Assembly: GCA_963706575.1 (NCBI GenBank)
Contig: CAVPNL010000001.1
Location: 1-64,000 of the forward strand
DNA: 64,000 nt
Direction: 5' to 3'
Origin: an uncultured delta proteobacterium
GTDB lineage: Bacteria; Desulfobacterota; Desulfobacteria; Desulfobacterales; JAHEIW01
This document shows, piece by piece, positions 8,931 through 17,943 of this stretch. The position numbers were made by a program, and so were the translations under genes. The notes beneath the pieces are model-generated. The model was not told the DNA's origin, did no database searches, and saw only the letters and a program-made list of their open reading frames with translations. Position 1 is the first letter of the stretch, and each line of letters starts with the position of its first letter.

Positions 8931-10559
8931 TTATTTTTTCAACTCTTCTTTAACGGCACTCGCTAATGTTTCCAAAATAAAGGGTTTCTTTATATATTTC
9001 CCCGCTCCCAGTTCCTGAGCAGCTTTGACGTCTTTTGTCTCGGCAAACCCGCTGGCAATAATCGCTTTTTGGTTAGGATGTAATTCAATGATCCTTTCAT
9101 ATGTTTCGCGACCGTTCATTCCCGGAAACATAATCATATCAAGCACGATCAAATCTACCGAATTAGTCTTTAGATATCTAACCGCCTCCTCACCGCTAGA
9201 AACAGCGTTAGCCGAATAACCAAGTTTAATCAGCAACGCACATGTGATTTCCCTTTGAAGCTCCTCGTCATCGACCACAAGAATCGTCTCATCATTTCCA
9301 GCGTAATGTTCCCATGATGCCTGCTCCACAGTAGCAGCCACTTCATCTCTGGTTATAGGATAGTATAGTTCAAAGATAGTTCCGTCTTCATTACTCAATA
9401 CATTTACGTAACCACCATGATCTTGAACGGTGTTCCATACAACCGATAAGCCTAATCCCGTACCACTTCGACCCATAATCTTTTTACTATAAAAAGGCTC
9501 AAAAATTCTATCCAGATCTTCTGCAGATAATCCTGAACCATCGTCGTAAACTGTTAGCACGGCATATTCACCCTGGCGCACGTCCTCGTACCCTTTTAAG
9601 GGTTTATCCAAGTACCGATTCGTTGTCGATATGACAACGGTACCACTGTCTTGAATTGCTTGGGTCGCATTCGTTACTAAGTTTAATAAACTCTTATTTA
9701 TATGAGATGATGAACATTCTGTATTCAAGAGGTTGGGATCAAGTTGAAATTTGAAATTTATAGTGGGATTAACTGTTTCGAGTTTTTTGTGTTCAGCAGA
9801 ACGCATATATCCCTTGATTATGGAGTTTATGTTTAAGATTTCTTTCCCTGTTGCCGCACCTCTGGCTACAGCTAATAAATCAGAGACGATAGCAGCAGCG
9901 CGATTGCCGGAATCCCTGATAATTCCAATTGGTTTTCGTAATGGGCTATTTTTGGGTAAATCCATTAAAATCAGCTCAGGATAACCTACAATCCCTGATA
10001 AAATGTTATTCAAGTCATGCGCAATGCCTGCAGCCATAAACCCGATGGCTTCCATCCGTTTGGCTCTAGAGAGTTTTTGTTCGCTTTCTCCTAATGCCTC
10101 CTCTGCCCGCTTGCGCTTGGTAATGTCACGGATGTTGCATTGAATCACCTTCTTGTTTTTGACCATATAGACATTACTGACGAACTCTACGGCAATATGG
10201 CGCCCGTCCTCTGTTTCAAGCGGTAAATGCTCGTAGCGAATATATTCTTTTTTCTGTAACTCCCGAAAAGCTGATTGGCTTGCCTCAATGTCTTTGAAAG
10301 GACCGATTTCCCAAAGTTCCTTACCTATGAATGTTTCGTTAGCATAATCCAGCATTCCTAATAGAAATGGATTGACGTCGGTTATCTTCCCGGTGTCGGC
10401 ATCAAGGATTAATATTCCATCTTGAGCTGTTTCAAAAAGTCGTCGGTAGCGACTTTCGGACTCTTCCAGCGCCTCCTCTGCCCGCTTGCGCTCAAAAGCA
10501 TCTTTCTTTAATTCCTGAATCCTCTGTTCCAATCCTTCATAGGTCGGTTTTTTAATCAT
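8931..10559 (-). CDS. PAS-domain hybrid sensor histidine kinase/response regulator
   Basis: PAS domain; AHDLNN H-box; N/G boxes; receiver ILVVDD...LDMIM; GGAGGA RBS before ATG 10559. Confidence 0.93.
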   Translation of the reverse strand: MIKKPTYEGLEQRIQELKKDAFERKRAEEALEESESRYRRLFETAQDGILILDADTGKITDVNPFLLGMLDYANETFIGKELWEIGPFKDIEASQSAFRELQKKEYIRYEHLPLETEDGRHIAVEFVSNVYMVKNKKVIQCNIRDITKRKRAEEALGESEQKLSRAKRMEAIGFMAAGIAHDLNNILSGIVGYPELILMDLPKNSPLRKPIGIIRDSGNRAAAIVSDLLAVARGAATGKEILNINSIIKGYMRSAEHKKLETVNPTINFKFQLDPNLLNTECSSSHINKSLLNLVTNATQAIQDSGTVVISTTNRYLDKPLKGYEDVRQGEYAVLTVYDDGSGLSAEDLDRIFEPFYSKKIMGRSGTGLGLSVVWNTVQDHGGYVNVLSNEDGTIFELYYPITRDEVAATVEQASWEHYAGNDETILVVDDEELQREITCALLIKLGYSANAVSSGEEAVRYLKTNSVDLIVLDMIMFPGMNGRETYERIIELHPNQKAIIASGFAETKDVKAAQELGAGKYIKKPFILETLASAVKEELKK

Positions 10560-10585
10560 TAAAAAATCCTCCAACTACCAGAAAT

Positions 10586-10630
10586 ATTGAGAATTGCGAC
10601 AAGCTTACGTTTAAAACCCTCTTCTGCCAT
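10586..10630 (-). pseudogene. 5' stub of an adenylate/guanylate-cyclase-type gene (MAEEGFKRKLVAIL), cut at an ATTGAGA core
   Basis: Manual translation from ATG 10630 matches the recalled (K/R)RKLAAILSAD N-terminus of class III cyclase proteins; similarity stops at the core 10586-10592. Confidence 0.6.
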
Positions 10631-10881
10631 AGTGGCATCCGCCTCTTTTAGGTTTCAAACAGAGGAGCTTAGCAGGTGGATTATTCGAAGGAGAGCAGCA
10701 AATCAGATGTAAAATACAGCTCAATGGTGAAAATAGAGAACCGTACCGGGTTAGGTGGAAGAGGGGAATCAGAAATAGTTTATATGTATTTATACCAAAT
10801 TAAAGGGATTTAGTCAATCATAATCAAGGATTCCGGCAGGTTGTGATACCTTACCAGAAAACCAAATATAACTGAACCTGT

Positions 10882-10977
10882 GATTTATTGAGAATACCTG
10901 AAAAGTACCAAAAGTGCAGATATGCGAAACTATCACAGTTTTTTAGTAATTAAAAATGCTAATATCTTGGAGATATT
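10882..10977 (+). repeat. ~100-bp composite repeat (ATTGAGA core ... CTTGGAG core)
   Basis: Homologous to 7703-7800 and 6838-6939. Confidence 0.8.
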
Positions 10978-11047
10978 TCAAGACATAGGGCTCTTGGAAA
11001 ATTTTTGCCTTGGCAGCATATTATCACTACTATGAAAAAAAATCAGA

Positions 11048-11422
11048 TTATTGCTTCGGGGCCAGCATTAGCATAATTATTGATTTGCCGGACTGACCCG
11101 TACTGATGTTAACAACCGTATTGTTCGATCCTTTTTCACCTATAAGACCTGAAAGCCCCTGTTGCTTGGTTTCGGCCGAGATTGTCCAGCCGTTAGCTGC
11201 CAAGTTCTTTTTATAAAACTCGAGTATCTTTTCCAGGTTGTCGCCAGATTCCATCCCAACGATTATATTTCCAGGAACCTGCACGGTCTGGGTGATTGTG
11301 GCATCGGGATAAGGTGCAGAGACTTCCATCATCTCTTGGGGATATACCATCCCAGACAAGGCCACATTCATAGAGAGGGCAAAAAACACTAAAACAGCAC
11401 AAATTATGATATTTTTTGACAT
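11048..11422 (-). CDS. Hypothetical exported protein
   Basis: Signal-peptide-like N-terminus; GGAGG RBS; YPDA...FYKKNL..NGW motif seen in small periplasmic proteins. Confidence 0.75.
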   Translation of the reverse strand: MSKNIIICAVLVFFALSMNVALSGMVYPQEMMEVSAPYPDATITQTVQVPGNIIVGMESGDNLEKILEFYKKNLAANGWTISAETKQQGLSGLIGEKGSNNTVVNISTGQSGKSIIMLMLAPKQ

Positions 11423-11677
11423 ATTGACCTCCTATTCGAAGTTAATTGTTTGCCCTTATTCCGCCTGCCAACGTTGCGGGCTTCAACTGACATTCCTCAG
11501 TTTTATGGCTTTAAAAGCCTTGCTACACATCGAGAGATTTCTGAAAGATCGGTTTAATGTCAAGGATCGGTATGCGCTCCAGCGCCTCCGGTGGACGCAC
11601 CCTGTACCGCTTTCATGCCCTTGAATTTGCATAGACCAATCGTAAAAAAGCCAAGTACAATCTTATTCGGGCCTGAA

Positions 11678-12634
11678 CTAACTCTCAAAGGGGTCCTTCA
11701 GCTTGGCATCCCAGGCGGTTACGATGTTTTGTTTGCGCAAATTTACCTGAAGTTGAAAAACATCGGGTCTTGCGTAATGGCCTGGCGTGTCGAGATCGTA
11801 CTTTCCTTCCGGGATCTTGTTCAGATCCAGGTCTGCACGAAGAATGGTAGGGCCGTTATAATCGGGACCTGCCAAAACTTCTCCCAGGGGCCCCACGATA
11901 CAGCTGCCGCCGCGCATTAAAACGTTTTCAGGATTATCCCCTTGAATCGCGTCGAATTTCTCCGGACAATCCTTCCGTGTCAGATATTGACAACTACTCA
12001 GCACAAAACAACGACCCTCCAGGGCAATATGCTGCATGGAAGGCAACCAGACATCTCGATCGTCTGCTGTCGGAGCGCAGTAAATCTCAATGCCCTGAGA
12101 ATACATGTGCATCCGAAGCAATGGCATATAGTTTTCCCAACAAATAACTGCACCGATACGCCCGATTGGTGTGTCGACCACTTGCATTGTCGATCCATCG
12201 CCAAAGCCCCATACCAATCTTTCCATAGCTGTCGGCATCAGTTTTCGATGCTTGCCCAGTAGCTTGCCTCCCGGAGAAAAAAAGCATACCGTGCAATACA
12301 AAGTGCCCAATTCTCTTTCAATCACCCCGATTACCAGATAGATCTTATTTTCTTTGGCGATCGTTCCCAAAAGGTCTGTGGCCTGGCTCGGAATTTCAAC
12401 AGCGCTTTCAAAATACCGGCGGAAATCTTCTCGGCCCTCGGGAAAGCGCATTCCAATGCGAGCCCCAAAATCCAGTCCCTTGGGATAGGCAGAAACAAAT
12501 GCCTCTGGAAATAGCACCAATTCGGCCTCTTGACTCGCAGCCTCTTTTACTAAGTCTCGGACCTTCTCGATTGTGGCCTCTCGATCGAATACAATCGGAT
12601 TATCTTGTACCACTGCAGCACGAACGATACTCAT
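11678..12634 (-). CDS. Nitrilase (carbon-nitrogen hydrolase family)
   Basis: E-K-C triad: LFPEAF, HRKLMPT, ICWENY; C-terminal GHYARPDVF. Confidence 0.92.
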   Translation of the reverse strand: MSIVRAAVVQDNPIVFDREATIEKVRDLVKEAASQEAELVLFPEAFVSAYPKGLDFGARIGMRFPEGREDFRRYFESAVEIPSQATDLLGTIAKENKIYLVIGVIERELGTLYCTVCFFSPGGKLLGKHRKLMPTAMERLVWGFGDGSTMQVVDTPIGRIGAVICWENYMPLLRMHMYSQGIEIYCAPTADDRDVWLPSMQHIALEGRCFVLSSCQYLTRKDCPEKFDAIQGDNPENVLMRGGSCIVGPLGEVLAGPDYNGPTILRADLDLNKIPEGKYDLDTPGHYARPDVFQLQVNLRKQNIVTAWDAKLKDPFES

Positions 12635-12659
12635 TTTGATCTCCTATCGAAATGTTAAA

Positions 12660-12723
12660 GATACATTGAGAAACAAACAACTATCATTTTAACCGAGAGT
12701 ATTTCAGATAGAATCTGGTTACA
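12660..12723 (+). repeat. Right-most composite site of the array (ATTGAGA and AATCTGG cores)
   Basis: GATAC-ATTGAGA and GATAG-AATCTGG-TTAC; homologous to 4280-4333. Confidence 0.6.
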
Positions 12724-12910
12724 TGATATCCCCGGGGGAATCAACCGGTAATTCAGATCCAGGTGAACTCAGGAGTCTAAAGGTTTGATGCTTGGATGCG
12801 GGTTTCAGGGGTATGGATATTGAAAGGCAGTCAAAGGAGAAAAAAAGATAGGAAATCTGGAACAGGATCGATGTTCGTCGGACCGACAGGCTATTTGTGC
12901 GCTTTTGCTG

Positions 12911-13219
12911 TTAAGGCTCAACGGGATAATGGTATTTGACACCAACGCCAAATGAATATTGGGAATCTTGCGCAAGCAATTTCTGCCGCCATCTAACCTG
13001 AGCGCGATACATGTCCGGACTGGAATCATAAGGGGATTTTTCTATTCCGATGTAAATTTCAGTACCGGGCAGCGGCGCATAATCGGATTCAAAATACATG
13101 CCGCCGCGACTGTAATTGTGCATTTTCGCATCGAAGTGTGCTCCGGCAGGAAAATTTTCGAGCAGGATGTTGGCCGTATGCTTCAAACGCGTGGCGTCGC
13201 GTTGCTCAGAATGAGCCAT
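12911..13219 (-). CDS. PilZ domain protein
   Basis: EQRDATR (RxxxR) and NYSRGG (D/NxSxxG) c-di-GMP motifs. Confidence 0.85.
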   Translation of the reverse strand: MAHSEQRDATRLKHTANILLENFPAGAHFDAKMHNYSRGGMYFESDYAPLPGTEIYIGIEKSPYDSSPDMYRAQVRWRQKLLAQDSQYSFGVGVKYHYPVEP

Positions 13220-13408
13220 TTATACCCCCTTCATAGACCTGTAGGCAGAAATAAACGTGTTGCGTCAGGAGAATGGTGTCAGTTGGCACCGAAGATTATA
13301 GCGGCATAAATAAACCAATGCCGCTGCAATGTCAAAGAAAAAAACAGGCCCGGGAAAAATAAATTTATTTTTAATAAGTTTAAATAGTTATGTTAATTTC
13401 GACTCATG

Positions 13409-13891
13409 TTATTGTTTATAGCCGATTTTTCTCAGAAATTCTTTGCGGACGTTGATATCCGCTTCATTTTCGATGCCTTTAGATTTAAATCCGTCAATAA
13501 CACCCAGGATTCCCCGTCCCAGATCAGTTTCAGCCACAATCACCTCCACTGGATTTGCCGTGGCGCAAAAGATGCGGCAGACTTCAGGCACTGCTTTAAT
13601 GGCGTTTAAGACGTTGATTGGAAAACAATCTTTCATGAATACAATAAAACTGTGGCCGGCTGAGAGATTGAGGGCGTTTTTCTTAGCCAGTTCCAAAAGC
13701 TCATCATCCGTACCTGCATGCCGGATCAGGCATTTATCAGAGGCTTCACAGAAGGCCAGAGCAAACTTTGCCATGGGGACGGTTGTTACCATAATCTCGT
13801 AAATATCTTCAACGGTTTTGATGAAGTGGGACTGGCCTAAGATAAAGTTGAGTTCACCCGGGTTTTCGATTTTAATGGTTGTGATTTCCAT
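13409..13891 (-). CDS. Adenosine-specific kinase family protein (DUF355)
   Basis: [38 protein letters not shown]. Confidence 0.85.
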   Translation of the reverse strand: MEITTIKIENPGELNFILGQSHFIKTVEDIYEIMVTTVPMAKFALAFCEASDKCLIRHAGTDDELLELAKKNALNLSAGHSFIVFMKDCFPINVLNAIKAVPEVCRIFCATANPVEVIVAETDLGRGILGVIDGFKSKGIENEADINVRKEFLRKIGYKQ

Positions 13892-14068
13892 AAGACCCTC
13901 CATACGACATATTTTCTGGCAATGCGCCTATAATCTGTCTCAATCCGCCTCCGGCGGACTAAGTGCCCATAGCTTAGATATGTAATCCCGCTTCAGCGAG
14001 ACCATGAACCCTGAACCACATTCCTGAGATAGGTTGTAGTGAAAAAAACCTTTTAAGTGAAAAAAACC

Positions 14069-14097
14069 TTGACCGGTTGAAATGAGTCTGGTATCTA
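14069..14097 (+). promoter_or_regulatory. Putative sigma70 promoter overlapped by a 15-bp direct repeat
   Basis: TTGACC-17-TATCTA; AGTGAAAAAAACCTT at 14038-14052 and 14056-14070. Confidence 0.4.
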
Positions 14098-14169
14098 ATT
14101 GTGTCTATAAGCCTGTGATACTTTGTGGCATTTAATCAAGCTGCAAACCCTTTCAGGCTTTACTTCTTT

Positions 14170-14240
14170 AAGCCCGGATTGCATCCGAAAATGTGTGCGA
14201 GTAAATGTAGCCTCCCACTCTTGCAGTCCGGGCTTTTTTA
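14170..14240 (+). terminator. Long stem-loop with U-tract (possible 3' end of an sRNA)
   Basis: AAGCCCGGATTGCA pairs with TGCAGTCCGGGCTT, followed by TTTT on the + strand only. Confidence 0.5.
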
Positions 14241-14288
14241 CTTTCACCCCGGCACCCAGTCCGCGGGAGGCGGACTGCGAATGCCTCA

Positions 14289-15296
14289 TTATCCGCCGAT
14301 GGCGCGCATTTGTCCACAAATACGGGCTGGATTTTTGGCAACCAGGTTGTGATCCGAAGGCTTATGCCTTACGGTCTTGATAAAAATATCCGCGAGCTGT
14401 TCGTCCGAACAGCCCTGTCTGACGGCTTCTTTTAAATCTTCTTGATGATCGGACAACAGACAGGGCCTTAGCTGGCCGCTTGCGGTCAGCCTGAGCCGGT
14501 TGCATTTATTACAGAAATGCTGGCTGAGTGCCGGGATAAACCCGACTTCTCCGATAGCATTTTCGTATTTATAACGCCGGGCAGGTCCGTCGTGTTCGTC
14601 TTCCTGAACGGTTGCCAGATTTCCCAGGTCGCTGATACGGCTCTTTATTTCCGGGGCCAGCAAAAGGGAATCGGGATTAAAATCGGACCGGCCGATGGGC
14701 ATGTATTCGATAAAGCGGATGTGAAACGGATATTGAAATGATAGCCGCGCCATCTCGACAAACTCTTCTTCATTGATGCCCTTCAGGGCCACAATATTCA
14801 ATTTAATCGGATAAAATCCCATCTGATGGGCTTTTTCAATTCCCTGCCAGACGCGATCAAATTCATCGTAACCGGTTATTTCATGATATTTTGCCGGGTT
14901 CAACGTATCCAGACTGATATTGATTCTGGATATGCCGGCAGCCTGAATTTTTTCGAGGTTGTCCTTCAATAAAACTCCGTTGGTGGTCAAAGACACGTCT
15001 TTAAGGCCCTCTGTGGCGGTCAGTTCGTGCAAAAATTCATAAACACCTTTGCGCACGAGCGGTTCGCCACCGGTAACCCGAACCTTTGATATGCCAAGGC
15101 GCGTCGCAACCCGCACCACCCGCAAAATTTCTTCGTAGGTTAATATTTCAGCGTGAGAGAGTTTCGGAATTAAATCCTGCGGCTCACAGTAGCGGCATTG
15201 CAGGTTGCAGCGGTCGGTAATGGATATGCGTAAATAATTCAAATGACGGTTGAAATTATCGACAAGTTTAGAAGTGTTCACGGTTTGGTTTCCCAT
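14289..15296 (-). CDS. moaA: GTP 3',8-cyclase MoaA
   Basis: YLRISITDRCNLQCRYC radical SAM motif, CNKCNRLRLT...PCL, C-terminal MRAIGG. Confidence 0.96.
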   Translation of the reverse strand: MGNQTVNTSKLVDNFNRHLNYLRISITDRCNLQCRYCEPQDLIPKLSHAEILTYEEILRVVRVATRLGISKVRVTGGEPLVRKGVYEFLHELTATEGLKDVSLTTNGVLLKDNLEKIQAAGISRINISLDTLNPAKYHEITGYDEFDRVWQGIEKAHQMGFYPIKLNIVALKGINEEEFVEMARLSFQYPFHIRFIEYMPIGRSDFNPDSLLLAPEIKSRISDLGNLATVQEDEHDGPARRYKYENAIGEVGFIPALSQHFCNKCNRLRLTASGQLRPCLLSDHQEDLKEAVRQGCSDEQLADIFIKTVRHKPSDHNLVAKNPARICGQMRAIGG

Positions 15297-15325
15297 TTTC
15301 AGCTGAATTCAGTCCAGGCGTGTTT

Positions 15326-16330
15326 TTATGCTTCTTGACGTTTTTGGATTTGCTTTTGGTCAATTTCAAATTTTTCACGATATTGCGGGATCTCGATTAT
15401 CGGCGGTCTTTCATGCCCTTCGATTTTAAAAATGTCCGCTTGATATTCTTCGTTGACGAGATTGTACTGAATCATTTCGTCGAAAAGCTCTTCTTTTAAA
15501 TCGATTAATCCCAGCCGAATTTTACGATTGATAAACGTCTTTAAAATGACAAAAGCCATCCGGCCCAGTGCTTTTGTGTCCTGATTGCGATGGATGCGCC
15601 GGTCGAGATCGACCTGGGCCATGACTTCCAGGCCCCATTTTTGATAAATATCCATATTCATACTGGTTTCAACACCGTAGCCGATGGGAAACGGTATACG
15701 CTCAAATACTTCTCTGAAACCGGCGTATTCGCCAGAAAGGGGCTGGATTAACTGGGTAAGTTCCGGGAAAAACAGAGAAAACAAAGGCCGGATGACCAGT
15801 TCGGTGACCCGTCCGCCGCCGGTCGGGCGCATCTTATTTTTTCCGATCGAAATCGGGCGGTCGTAAAATGCCTTTACGAATTTAATGTCGTCGTACAGCA
15901 GCAGCGGGCCCAGCAAACCATAGGCGAAGCGGTGATGGATGTTTTTAATATCTGCATCCAGGTAAATGATGATATCCCCTTTCGTGATATAGAGCGCCTT
16001 CCATAGATTCTCGCCTTTGCCTTTATATTGTTCCAGATGAGGGAAAATTTCTGTGGCTTTATGGACATCGGCACCATACGCCCTGGCGATCTCCCGGGTT
16101 TTATCTGTTGAACCTGAATCCACCACCACGATCTCATCCAACAGCGCATAGCGGGTCATCAGTTCCGATTTCAGGATGATGATCTCTTTGGCAATCGTTT
16201 TTTCTTCATTCAGCGTCGGCAGACACAAAGATATTTTAAGATTCTTTTTTACCTTCTCTTCAACCAGCCGGTTAAGATCCTTAAAATCTGAATAATGAAA
16301 TGTGTTTTTTGCAAGCCAGTTATTGCTCAT
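15326..16330 (-). CDS. gpgS: Glucosyl-3-phosphoglycerate synthase
   Basis: GT-A fold, GKGENLWK, DAD, GGGRVTELV, QPLSGEYA, RRIHRNQ. Confidence 0.88.
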   Translation of the reverse strand: MSNNWLAKNTFHYSDFKDLNRLVEEKVKKNLKISLCLPTLNEEKTIAKEIIILKSELMTRYALLDEIVVVDSGSTDKTREIARAYGADVHKATEIFPHLEQYKGKGENLWKALYITKGDIIIYLDADIKNIHHRFAYGLLGPLLLYDDIKFVKAFYDRPISIGKNKMRPTGGGRVTELVIRPLFSLFFPELTQLIQPLSGEYAGFREVFERIPFPIGYGVETSMNMDIYQKWGLEVMAQVDLDRRIHRNQDTKALGRMAFVILKTFINRKIRLGLIDLKEELFDEMIQYNLVNEEYQADIFKIEGHERPPIIEIPQYREKFEIDQKQIQKRQEA

Positions 16331-17480
16331 CACACACCCCGCCGTCGATTGCCTTTAAAACGCCGATGATCTGCGCAATCCCTGTATACATGGGCTCAAT
16401 TTCCATGGTGGCCTTATCCTTATAGACATTTTCCCCATGCGTAATGCCCAGGGTAACCGCCGGTATCTTTTGAGAAAGAAAGATGGACTGCGCCGATTCA
16501 GTCGATTTGCTGAAGGGTTTGATTCCGAGCGTCTCCATGACCGCAGCCGAATTTTTCACCAATGGGTGGTTATATTTCAAGCGGGAAGCTCTCAAATTAC
16601 TGATTGTTTTCAGCTTCAAGTCAACTTCATTTTCATGGCTGATTCCCTCGACGATGTCTTTGATGTACTTAAAATTTTTTTTGACTATTTTATATGAATC
16701 ACTTCTTATTTCAAATCCCAGCGCAGCTTCTAAGGCAATCTTGCCGTGATTGGCGCCCCCTCTGATTTTCCCAATAACAATTCGCGAGCGTGGCCGCTGG
16801 GAAATTTTAAGATTCATGATCTCGTTGATCACTTCATTCAGGACGATGATCGCATTTGGCGGGTATTCATCCAGTGTGCCCCGGTCGCCGGAAACGCTGC
16901 AATGAATTTCACCCCGAATCATGCCGTCTGAAAAATAATTCAGCCGGCCGAGTTCCACGCCTTCGATACAAATGCCGCCTCTTATGGGGGTGGGCCAGGT
17001 TTTTAAAAGATGCCGGACGCCCCTCAGATTTCCCTTGCCGATGGATTGAATGGTGCCGGCCAGCACGATATCCGATTCAAATTGGAGATCCAGTCTTTTA
17101 AATATTGCCGGCAGGGACATGATGACACCCACGCCGAGAGAATTGTCCAGAAGCCCGGGGCCGGTGATGGTATTTTCCTTAATGGTATAATTTATCGGCT
17201 GATCTTTTTCAAAGAATGTATCCAGATGGGCAAGGACAAAAATAGGCGGCTTGCTGGAGTCGCTGCCCCGCACGATACCGATCGGGTTGCGATATCCATC
17301 GGTGGTGACTTCGTCGACCTGGAATTCAGCCAGTCGATCCATGAACAGCTTGCTGCGCTTTTTTTCTCTAAATGTCGGCGCCGGCGTCTGACCGATCAAT
17401 ACGATGTTGGTAATAATGATCTCCTTGAGAGATTTTACCTCATCGACCAGGGCGGGTAATTTTTCGAGAAAATTATCCAT
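16320..17480 (-). CDS. M20/M25/M40-family metallopeptidase-like protein
   Basis: AHLDT, GPGLLDNSLG, dimerisation domain. Confidence 0.78.
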   Translation of the reverse strand: MDNFLEKLPALVDEVKSLKEIIITNIVLIGQTPAPTFREKKRSKLFMDRLAEFQVDEVTTDGYRNPIGIVRGSDSSKPPIFVLAHLDTFFEKDQPINYTIKENTITGPGLLDNSLGVGVIMSLPAIFKRLDLQFESDIVLAGTIQSIGKGNLRGVRHLLKTWPTPIRGGICIEGVELGRLNYFSDGMIRGEIHCSVSGDRGTLDEYPPNAIIVLNEVINEIMNLKISQRPRSRIVIGKIRGGANHGKIALEAALGFEIRSDSYKIVKKNFKYIKDIVEGISHENEVDLKLKTISNLRASRLKYNHPLVKNSAAVMETLGIKPFSKSTESAQSIFLSQKIPAVTLGITHGENVYKDKATMEIEPMYTGIAQIIGVLKAIDGGVCDEQ

Positions 17481-17943
17481 AACCTTCTGAACCTAAAATG
17501 GTTGAATGGATTTCGGGGAAAATCAGAAAAAAATGATATTTGTGGAATCTGTCGAAACGTTCTAAATTACACCAAAATTGAGCATTAGGTCAACCTTTCA
17601 AAGAATTAATTTCGCTTCGCTCATAGTTGGAATGATGGCCTGCGGCTCATAGAGCCTATGGCTCGGGGAGAAAAATGGGATACCGCAATATTAGGTCTCT
17701 GTATTGTAACGCATTGAAAAATTACATAATTCATGTGGCAAACGGACCCTATTCCACACTTCATTGTTCCCTGCAGACAGCATAAACCTGGTACCGCAAA
17801 AAGATGCATGGTTTCAAGATGTTATCGAAATCCCGAGACGTTAATTTGGTTGTTTTTAATCGATAATGGGATATAATCATACTTTAGGTGTTCACTCGCT
17901 TGCCTGGGAACAAATTTATTGCATACCAAATGAGGAGACAGCA

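Noticed and set aside
2483..12634. Classical integron with attC sites (several stops read TAAC, like the attC R'' box)
   Set aside because: I found no complementary L-box/GTTRRRY palindromes downstream of the genes, and neither recombinase shows an obvious IntI-specific insertion; not tool-verified.
14095..14380. Short ORFs in the DUF355-moaA spacer
   Set aside because: No RBS or recognisable motif; they run through hairpins and REP-like repeats.
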